DNA from: the human T2T-CHM13v2.0 reference genome, Homo sapiens | Length of the DNA stretch: 64,000 nucleotides | Assembly: GCF_009914755.1 (NCBI RefSeq) | Contig: NC_060932.1 | Reading direction: 5' to 3' (one strand) | The notes under the pieces: model-generated | What the model was told of the DNA's origin: nothing | Seen by the model: the letters and a program-made list of their open reading frames with translations, nothing else | Databases searched by the model: none | Translations under genes and position numbers: made by a program | Shown: in pieces, positions 53,324 to 64,000 of the stretch | Position numbering within the stretch: the first letter of the stretch is position 1 | Layout of the letters: every line of letters starts with the position of its first letter

Positions 53324-54125
53324 AGTTCCTTTTTGTGACTGTATGTTCAACTCCCTGAGGGTCAGGAGCTAGCATCCCTCTAGGATACCACTGACCCTGG
53401 GACCTCACAGAGCTTCTGACACATACTAAGTAGTCAATAAATTACCAGTGAATGAATGAAGAGTCTTTGTTGCTGAGCATGCCTTTCCTTCTTCTTGGGA
53501 CAGCCCCTCATGTGTTTTAGCCACTTGGAGAGCTCCATTCATCCACTGTAACTCACTCGCCACCCTCTGAAACCTTCACTGATATCATGACTCAGTTGTT
53601 TATTCCCACTTCTGTGGTCCCATTAAATATTTCACATTCTTCCATCACAACATTTGCCACTTTGTACTGTAACTATCTGATTTTCTAAATCAGTCTTTGC
53701 CACTGATTCTGAGCTCCTTGAGTTGAGAGACTGTATTCTTTATTTCCTAATGCTTATTGTCTAGCACATTGACTAATCCATTTTAGATGATCAGTGACTG
53801 TGGGAAGGAAGGAACGAACGAAAGAAGACTGAGAATAGAGAATTTAACATCCCCAAGAATCCATTTCTTCATCTTTAAAATACTCTGCCTATTCCAAAAT
53901 ATTTAGAAAAATCGTGTGATAAAATAAACATGATTCATACATCCAAAATTATTATTTAAATAGAGACAATTCCGGAATAGTTTGCTATAGTGGAAAGAAA
54001 AAGGATTTGGCAATTTATCAGTCCTAAGTCAAAACCTTGGTGTAATGTGTGCCCCTCTACCAACTTGGGAAAGTCGGATTTTTCCCCACTCCCTTATTTT
54101 CCCAACTATACAAGAGGATCCAATA

Positions 54126-54484
54126 TGTCTTAATCTGTTTTGTGTTGCTATAACAGAATACCACATTTATAAAGAAAAGACATTTGTTTCTCACAGTTCT
54201 GGAGGCTGAGAAGTCCAATATCAAGGTACTGGCATCTTGAGAGGGCCTTATGTTTCCATCATCTTGGGAGGATAGAGGATGAGAATGAGAAGGATAGAGG
54301 AGGGAAGAGGCCAAACTCCTACTTTTCTCAGGAACCCACTCCCAAGATAACAACATTAATCCATTTCTGAGAGTTGAGCCCACATGACCTAATCATGTTT
54401 TAAACATCCCACCTTTCAATGCTGTTGCATTGGGGATTAAATTTCCAACACATGAACTTTGAGGGACTCATTTAAACCAAAGCA
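54126..54484 (-). mobile_element. MSTC/MSTD-type solo LTR
   Basis: tgtcttaatctgttttgtgttgctataacagaatacc...ggggattaaatttccaacacatgaacttt...aaaccaaagca; perfect TSD caata/caata. Confidence 0.9.
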
Positions 54485-55578
54485 CAATAGGATGCCATAA
54501 GACAATGCATGCAAATCCCCTGACACATGGTAGGAGATAGAGGAATAAAATTATTGTTTTTCTTTAAGCCATGAGTCTTGGGGGGTGCATCCTTAAAACA
54601 AGTGACTAGGCTCAATGTTTTAGACTGGAGTCTTGAAAAGATAAAAAGAAATAGCAACTGTACTGCAAAGGAATAGATATTTGTGTCCTGGCAGCCCAAG
54701 TGATTTGAGTGTCACATCACAGACAATTGTCAGACCAAAATAGTCCTTACCAGGATTTCAGCTTTGAGACATTTTTTTTTTTTAAATCTTGGCCTAAAAT
54801 GATTTGTCAAGCTCTAGTTATGTATTTTTATTGGGAAAAAGAGCTCTGTAATTTCACACTTGCTTGCTACTGTTTGCTACCTTCTGACAGCTTTCACTAT
54901 TTGGATTGGAATTCTGAGTGTGTCATTGAGAGACGAGGTGAGACATTTTTAAAATGTTGATGTTTTCAGTGAGCACAGGCAGATTTTCACAATCTAAGCC
55001 TCTGGCTTTAACTAATTTTGCATTTCACCAACTCCACATACTGTAGCCCTACTCAACTTCTGTCAAAGGCTCGCATGGGACAGGCAGTTGACAGCCCCCT
55101 CCATATGTGTTGTCACCTCTGCCCAGAATCCTCTCTCCATCTTGTCTACCTTCTCTCTCCTCTTCACACCTCTTACGTGATCTTCCCCCTGAATGCTTCC
55201 TTTACCCAGGATGAATTGATTAATCTTTGCTTGGTGCCACTACTGGATATGATTTTCTCATCTCCTTTCATACGTCCATTTCACAAACACTTATTGAATG
55301 TCCATCATGTGACAACTTCATTGATAAACACTAAGGATGCAAAGGTGAATAAAACAGACAAGGTCTTCCTCAAGTTGTGGAGCATACCATTTAGTTGGAA
55401 AAATAAATAATTGGATTATTGTATAACTACAAGGGTTTTCAATGCTTCAGAGAAGGCAATTGTTTATAATGTTTTCACCAGTCAAATGAATAGGTTATGC
55501 TGTGGTAACACTGTCATGACCAAACACCGTATCTCAGCTTAGCACAACTAACACAACTATAGTTTACTATTTTCTGTG

Positions 55579-55956
55579 TGTATTAGTCCATTTTCACACT
55601 GCTATAAAGAGCTGCCCGAGACTGGGTAATTTATAAACAAAGGAAGTTTAATTGACTCACAGTTCTGCATGGCTGAGGCCTCAGGAAACTTACAATCATG
55701 GTGGAAGGAGAAGCAGCCACCTCTTCACAAGGCAGCAGGAGAGAGAAGAGCGAAGGGAGAGCTTCCAAACACTTATAAAACCATCACACCTCATGAGAAC
55801 TCATTCACCATCATGAGAACGGTATGGGGGAAGCCAACCCCACGATGCAATCACTTCTGTCCCTCAACGCATGGGGATTACAGGTCCCTCCCTCAACATA
55901 TGGGGATTACAATTTGAGATGAGATTTGGGTGGGGACACAGAACCAAACCATATCA
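55579..55956 (-). mobile_element. THE1D-like solo LTR
   Basis: tgtattagtccattttcacactgctataaaga...ggggacacagaaccaaaccatatca; TSD ctgtg/ccgtg. Confidence 0.92.
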
Positions 55957-56072
55957 CCGTGTAATGTGTAATGTGATCATGGAAGGACACAGGGAGGCAA
56001 GGTCTGCAGACTGGCCCCAGCTGACCATGGCTTGCAGAGCAGATTCAGACCCACACCAAGCCAGACTCATGC

Positions 56073-56822
56073 TGTGAGAGACAACTACACTTCTGGTGTT
56101 GCAACAAGCCCCTTTCCATGGTGGCCCCTAGAGTCCTGCTCCTTGATTACACACTTTCTCCCAGTTACTTAATAAAACCATGGTTTCAGTGTTGCTATGA
56201 AGAGATTTTGCAGATGTAATTAACTGGCAAAACCTCTTCATAGGAAATTAACCTGTGTAACTACAAAGTTAGCATCTTAAAAAGATGCAAATTTATCATC
56301 TCATTCAGGAGTCCAGAACATTTCAGCAGGGTCCTCTGCTCAGAAATTCACAAGACTGAAACTGAGTTATCAACTGGGGCTGTATTCTCATCTGTGAGCT
56401 CCACTAGGGAAAGGTCTGTTTAGAAGCTCCTTCAGGTTGTTGAAAGAATTCAGAATTCATTGCCTTGTGGTTGTAGGACTAAGGTACTCATTTTCCTGAT
56501 AGTGGTCAGCCAGAACAACTCTCAGCTTGCAGAGGCTGCTCTGAGGTCCTTGCCATGTGACCCCCTCCACACACCCTTCCACACTTTGAATCTTTGTCTT
56601 CAGGAAATGTCTGGTCACATTTACAAGTTTGCCTGATTAGGTGAGGCCCATCCAGGATAACCTCCCTTTTTATTAACTCAAACTTATTAGGGACCTTAAT
56701 TGCAACTGCAAAATCCCTTCATAGCACACTTAGACCATGGTTTCATTAAATAACTAAGAGAAGGTGTGTAATCAGTAGGGGCAGGAATCTAGGGGCCATG
56801 TTAGAAGGCGGCTTGTCACGAC
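56073..56822. mobile_element. MLT1E-type LTR pieces (plus about 56073-56225, minus about 56260-56822)
   Basis: gagattttgcagatgtaattaa; then gggtcctctgctcag...ttgtaggactaagg...gggcaggaatctaggggccatgttagaa. Confidence 0.65.
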
Positions 56823-56997
56823 ACCAGAAGTGTAGTTTTCTCTCACAGCATGAGTCTGGTTTGGTTTGGATCTTTGAGGCTATGCTGCAGGCCATAGTCG
56901 GCCAGGGGGAGGGCCATAGACTCTGTCTCCCTGTGTCTTTACATGATTATCACAAGAGTAGAAAGGGCACAAGCAGCCCCACACTGGCTCTGCAAGG

Positions 56998-57480
56998 TGT
57001 TAGGGCTAAAATCAAGGCTTAATGCTATGTGCTGCTTTGACATCTGGAGAGATAAGGAGGACCTTGAATGGCCTCATTCTATGTTTCCCACCTCACTCTG
57101 CTCTCCTGGATAAGGTCTCCCAGCCTCCTTATCATGCAGGCCAGGCACAGTTCCTGCTTATCCTGAATAGCGGGTTTCAGTTCCCTGCCAGTCTGCAATT
57201 ATTCGAACAGGCCAATCGTATCTCCCTGTGGACCAGGGGGCATTTCCCCTGCCTGTTACTAGAAAGCCTGCCCCCAACAGCCCCTGGTTGTTCTCTGGGT
57301 AGCCATTTTATGTCTCTGCATGGCGTGCAGTGTCCTCACCATTGAGCTGTGAGTGTATGTGACTAATAAATGTTGTTTATCTCCTTTATCCAGTTTGCAT
57401 GTCATGTGTGTAGCCATCCCCATAACCTTAGGCTAGGAATCCCTCCTCAACACTGGGGCGAATGGGAGGCAACTAAAACA
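56998..57480 (+). mobile_element. ERVL-class solo LTR (LTR53/MER54-group-like, family uncertain)
   Basis: TG...CA termini (tgttagggc...aactaaaaca), aataaa at about 57365, inserted in an old MLT1 relic. Confidence 0.6.
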
Positions 57481-57654
57481 TGCTGAAAACCTCAGCCCAG
57501 GAAATAGCACTGCTTACTTCAGCTCACATTTCTTTGACCAAAGAGAATCCAATGGCATTGGCTAACTTCCAGGAATTTAGGGAAATAAAATCACACTCTG
57601 TGCTCAAAAAAGAGAAAAGCTAGAAGTCTTTAGTGACAGCACTTACAGTCACCC

Positions 57655-57860
57655 TTGTGGATAAAAAGGGAGACTCTGGAATTGGGCTCTTTCATTCACT
57701 AGCTGTGGGATTTGGGGTAAGCTGCCTAACCTTTCTGTGCCTTTGTTTATTCTTTTACTTTATTGGTTTAAAAAAAACTGCACAACAATAGTAAAACAAG
57801 ACACAATAATAGTAAAACCTAACTCAGAGATTTGTCATGGGAATTAAGCTAACTTGCTGA
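57655..57860 (+). mobile_element. MIR
   Basis: agactctgga...cactagctgtg...ctaacctttctgtgcct. Confidence 0.65.
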
Positions 57861-57967
57861 GGAATTAGATGTGGAATTCCAGAGGACAAGAGAGGTCAGG
57901 AATGACGTCATGACTTTAGCCTAAGCAACTAGAAGGATGCAGCTGTTCAATGTGGATGGTACTATAA

Positions 57968-58564
<597 letters not shown>

Positions 58565-58849
58565 TGATCACTGCAAGCCTGCCTCCCACAGCCTACGCTT
58601 ACTTATTCTATTCTGCTCCTAAATGCAACCCCAGTAGAGCCCTGCATGGGTGTTGTGGTGTGCACCTTCCCCAGGCTGTCAGTATTTGCAGCTAACAAAC
58701 TGCTGCCAGTCTCATCTGCCCAGTCCTGGGTGGCATGTGTTCAGCCATCATGTACCATTTAGGGCAGAGGATCACTTCTTCACCAATGGGATAAGAGGTG
58801 GTCAAAACAGATGGGCAACAATGTATGAAGAGCATGAATATGTGCATGT

Positions 58850-60980
58850 ATATGGGAATAGATCAGAAGGTTGTCTTCAAGCATGTTAAATTTTAAAAGC
58901 CTCTTATTACATCCAAATGAAGATGCCATGCGATAAGGTTAAGAAAAAAAGCACATGATGTTCAGTCTTGGCTGGAAGCAGAAATGTGGAAGTCATCAGC
59001 ATGCATTTGGCATTGCAGATGGTGAGATGGATGAAGTCACACAAGAAAGAGGTCATAAAGACAGAGATGGGGTCTAAGAACTGAGTTCTGTTCAGTGTTT
59101 AGGGTCGAAGAGAGTAAGAAGCAACAAGAAGGAGAGGAAGAGGGAGAGGGACAGACAGAGATTAAAGTGACATGATAGGTAGATGGTTTCTTAGAAGCCG
59201 AATGAAGACAGTCTTTCAATAACATGAAAAATTGTGATATCTGTCAAACATTACTGATTTTTTAAGTGAAATGGGGATTGAGAACTGACCACTGGAATAT
59301 CAATAATGAGATAGAATGAATGACCATCTCAAGAATTATTTTATTGGAATAGTGGCTGACTGGAGAATGTTAAAAACAGATTGAGATACAATTAATATAG
59401 ATGAATATTTGAGAAATTTACTATAAAAAAGAGCAAAGAAAGTGAGCAGTAACTGGATAGGGAAGTCAAGAGAAGTGGTAATTGTTTTGAAATTGGGAGA
59501 TGCTGTAGTGCGTGCTGGTGTAAGTCGTCTAAAGGGAGGGGAGATATTTAATGCAGGAGACAAGGTGGAAATAGCTGGAGAATGTCCTTTTTTATTTGAA
59601 ATGGAAATAGGACTAAGGCATATGTAGAAGGGTCGTTGTGGATAAGAACAAAGTCAATTCATCCAAAGCAATAGGAGGGGACATGGAGATGATGGGCAAA
59701 GATGTAAGAGGTTATTAGCTATGGTGGTGAGTGTGTGGAAGTTTTTGTTTCATCACTTGAATAAAACAGAAATTAAAGACATCATCTGAGAGCAAAGATG
59801 AGAAGAAGGTGTCAGAAGTTTGTGGGCAATGAAAGCATATAAAACAGCCATCTAGGAATATGAGATGGTGACTAGACAAAGAAAATAAGTAGCATTGCCA
59901 GGTAGCCCCGAGAGTTTATCTAGTATTAGTGATCATTAATTTTAAAGGAGGCAACCAAACAGAATGACTTTAAAATTTTTCTCTATCATGAACAGCTGTT
60001 GTAGGGGAAGTACAGAGAACACAGGAAAAATAAAGAATCTAAACACAGCTGGCATTTTCTCCTGAGAGTTACATGAGGGAGAAGGGGCCCAGGGCATGGA
60101 GGCTGTGATGATGATAGATTGTGGAATATAAGCTTCATAAGAAGAGAAGTGTTGGGTCAACAGATTTGGAGACCTCTGTCAGTGGAATAATTGCTGGGTG
60201 TGGAACAGCGGAGAAAATGGATTTGAATGAAAGGAAGAGGTGGTTAGAGAGTGGAATGTTTAGGGTGAGACTATGGAGAGGGGACTATTGTCAAGTTAAG
60301 AGCTAGAGTAAGTCTCACTGGAGTGACTGACTGAAGGAAAGTGGAAATCAAGACCATAAGAGGAGAAGGGATTAGGGAGCACCAGGGATGACATATTAGA
60401 AAGATCATCTATGAGGATAGTGAAATTACCAAGAATTACAACAGAGAACAAAGCATTAAACTCATCAAATAATGAGGACATCTGAAGATGACTACAACAA
60501 GAAGGCTTGATGGAGGGAGGGTCTGATAACACGTGCTTCACAGACTTGTTTAGTGGGGAAGGTAAGGGGAGGAGGTGACAATAGACCGGAAGCAGCAACA
60601 CGAAGGAAGGTCACCCTTTCCTTCTCTAGGATTAATAGCATGAGGCTAGGGGAGAAAACATCTACCATGGGGAGAGCTGCAGAGGAAACCATGTGTGTGT
60701 GTGTAAGGGAAGGTAGTAAAGGGGATGTTCAGAGGAAGCACTGAGGGTATAGGAGATTCATCTGATGGACAACAGTGAGTTCAGAGGGCAGAGTGGGTGA
60801 TTTCAGGGGCTGCAGAGGGAAAGAATTTTGATCAGATCAGAGGATACATATGGCCAGTAGGAAGGAGAGTCCAGAAGAGGAATGACCAGGCATCCCAGGC
60901 TTCCCGTGGTAACGACACTTAACCAAAGTTTCAGGCAGGAAAGGTTCGCCCAGATGGTCTTACAAGAGGGCTGGAGGAAT
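58850..60980 (-). mobile_element. Long L2 relic extending into the ORF2 endonuclease region
   Basis: ggaagtcatcagcat...gagatggatgaagtcac (L2 3' region); minus frame 60296-60601 reads VVILGNFTILIDDLSN, a decayed ILGDFNIH motif. Confidence 0.72.
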
Positions 60981-62554
60981 GACACTGGAGAGTCTTGGCC
61001 ATGAGCTAGAGAACTCTGGGACCCTGTCTTCTTTCATGCTTGAGGAGGGATGGTTCCATTTTAAGCCTTGGAGAGATTATTGAGTCTTGTTCTTCAGCAG
61101 GACTGAAAGCTCCACGCTGGGTGATTTCCAGGCTCTGCTTAGATACTTGCAGTATCAGGAAGATTGTTTCCTCACAAAACAGCCTAATCTATTGCGAATC
61201 AACTCTAGTTGCTGGACGTGTATTTCTTACATTGATCCAAAAAAATGTACATGTATATCCTTGCCCTCAAAAGTCACACACACCATGATTTTTAATCTGT
61301 TCCTAAGGTAATGGCCATCAAGCTGTTGAAGCTCAAGCTCCACGCTCCTGCTAGCTCCTGCCTCTTTTTGTCCAGGTTAAACAATCCCATTTTCTACAGT
61401 CATCACTCACTGTCTTGGGTCTCAGACCCTCTCCTCTGATAGCTCTCAGGAGTATGCATAGCAATGTATGTCCTTCTGATGACCAGTGACCACAAATGGC
61501 AGCCATTTCCAGATGCGGTCTGAGAATGAGCCACAGCCATCGATGAACCTTCACCTCCTTTACTCTGGATTATCTGCTCATATTCATGCTGCTTATCATG
61601 AAGCCAATTTTTGCCTTTTAAATTCATGTTAAGTCATCATGATATGCACAGAATTATTTACATGATTTTCCAAAGAACAGGAATGTCCCATATGTAGGGG
61701 AACATTGAATTTGAAATTTGCCCACCATAGAACAGAATACAAAATTTGTCTGCTCTAGAACTGGGCTATCATTTCCACACTTTACTTGTGGGTGCCATAA
61801 GCCTGTAGCATTGAAAATTCAAACTACAAATCAAATACACATTTCCACTGGGTAAATTTGCCATTCAGAACAGTAAGACCCACAAGAACATGAAAGAAAA
61901 GAAACAAAAGAGCTTTGTTTGAATTTTTGCTTTGCTATTTACTAGCTGTGACCTTGAGCAACACCCTTAACCTCTCTGAACTAGGCATTTGTTTGTCATC
62001 CCATCAAGGACAGATTTTTTTTAATAAAAGCAGTTTGGGGATGATCTGATCTAAAATATGTTGCCTAGAATGTTCACAATTTACTTTAGAAAACATTAAA
62101 GCATTAATGTTTCAGAAAGCTCTAACCAGGTTTTACATTAAAAAAAAAAAAAAAAAAGTCTGACTTACAATTCAAACTCTGGCCTGCAGGAATTTACCAT
62201 GGGAGGTCCTGGGGGCACTTCTATGGGAACAGGCAATCAGCTCCCAGCATATCCAGAAAATAAGGGAATCCTCATCACCCTGCCCAGAGCGTCAAGTCAA
62301 AGGACAACAACGTGGGTTTGACAAGGGACCCCCAATCAAGTCACAAAAGGGGTCTAAATTTCATACAAGATCTTTGGTCATTCCAGTGTCTTGCTGGGGG
62401 TATATTAAAAACAATAGTTAATGATTCTCCCAAGCAGTGGCCTGGAGACCCCAACTTCCTTTGCGATATGGGGATAATTGTATTTTTTCTGCCTTGCTGT
62501 ACTGGGGAAGTTGTTGTAGAAAGAAAGTGAGATATCAAATGTAGAAACATTCTA

Positions 62555-62795
62555 TAGATAGATTGACGGACACATAGATGGAACGAAGGGAGACAGGAAG
62601 GAAGGAAAGAAGGAACGAAGGGAGACAGGAAGGAAGGAAAGAAGGAAGGAAGGGAGGAAGGAAGGAAGGAAGGAAGAAAGGAAGGAAGGGAGGGAGGAAG
62701 GAGGAAGGAAGAAAGGGTACGTGGTTGCATGAATGGATTGATGGATGAATGGGTGGTTGTTTGCATAAATGCATAGATGGATAAATGGATAGATA
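62555..62795. repeat. (GGAA)n-rich purine tract and (ATGG)-like repeats
   Basis: Directly visible. Confidence 0.9.
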
Positions 62796-64000
62796 GACAC
62801 ACATAATGGAATAAGTGTTATGTGCCAAATATCATTTGAAGGAGGGAAGTAACTAGCTAAAACTTGAGAAAACATGTTCATGATCTCCCAATTTTTTAAA
62901 GAAAGTTTCTGGAAGAAATAGGAATTTAAATCGTTTTCAGATGAAGCAACTTTGAGTACTGAGAGGGGCAGATACTGGCAGCACAGGTAGGGGTGTTGCC
63001 AGGGTCTGGATGAATGTAGTCTGTGCCTGTGAGCAGGAGTACATTCAGGATGGTGGGTATGTTTTACCTGTTGAAGGGTGGAGCCATGTATCTAGAATGC
63101 CCCTGTATTATCTGAAAGCTAAGTCAGACAATAGGAACTCTGGAGTCTTCAAAAGAGGTGTCAGACACAATTGAGCTACAAGAGAATTACTTCTGAATAA
63201 GTTTCTAATGCTCAACATACTTTTAATTACTTGTTCCAGACTTTTCTATTCTAAGGAATGTAAACTCCATCAAAACAGGGATGGTGAATTTTCCATTTAT
63301 CCCTAAATCTGCAACACCGAAGGTATCATGCAGAGTGGGAACTCACTCAACATTTTTTAAAGGACTTCACATTTTATTCTTTTGTCAAAGCTTCCAATTC
63401 TTCCTGCTGTCCCTGGACCCCGGACTGACCCAGGGTTCTTTCCTCTTAGATGAAGGCATTCCTGGTAGGATTCTTTCTTTACCGGATTCCTATCTTCCTC
63501 CCTCCCTTGAACCTCTTCCTCAACGCTGGCCTGTTTCAGATGTCCTACTGCTGTTTCTGAATCAATAGCTCTGGATGGATAGCAAGCTCAGGGTTTTTCT
63601 TGCTATTTTTACTTGCTCGCCCTGCACAAGAGAATATCCCCTAGACTGGACCAAGGACAACTCCCGGTCAAGTTTCTCAACAAGAACTATTAAAAGACAC
63701 TTAACCCCTCCACTCATAAAAATGTGAAATATCACTTGGTCTTTACAACTGGGGCTACTGTGGTGGATAATCGCATTTCTGAAGTGAATGGCATAGGTTA
63801 TAATGAGCAATTGGGGAAAAAAAGAAACATTAACCATGATTCATACCACAAATTGAAGGTAGGACAAGTAGTTCTTGAACATCCTGATTAGATTTTAATC
63901 TTGTTTTAGCAGCAGCAGCTCAAGTTAATGTTTGCTCGGTGCAATAACATCATGTGGATTGACACATGGGTAATTATGCTATTTATCTTCTTACGAAACT

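Noticed and set aside
62341-62881. PSFL-repeat ORFs
   Set aside because: Antisense translation of the (GGAA)n tract

Overview
Repeat-rich, non-coding primate (very likely human) genomic DNA, intergenic or deep intronic. The window is a mosaic of Alus, L1 fragments (L1PA3-like to L1M), L2 and MIR relics, more than 20 ERVL/MaLR LTRs (including one two-LTR THE1D/MSTA-type provirus at 44194-46562), small hAT/Tigger DNA-transposon relics and microsatellites. I find no credible protein-coding exon, RNA gene or CRISPR array. The supplied ORFs are repeat-derived, low-complexity or chance ORFs. I see no new biological system. The notable signals are fossil records of unusual insertion or rearrangement events: (1) a scrambled ~1.7 kb mosaic at 49748-51516 bounded by an exact 21-bp direct repeat and containing a ~233-bp copy of a locus 3.75 kb upstream; (2) an L1PA3-like insertion with a short 3' transduction; (3) a tailless Alu with direct repeats; (4) a multi-level nest with MLT2A1 inside an Alu inside an MLT1; (5) a duplication/inverted-repeat junction at 16106-18103; (6) intact DUX4 motifs in two MaLR LTRs. 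Subfamily names come from recalled consensus sequences, not from a search. Boundaries of old elements are approximate.
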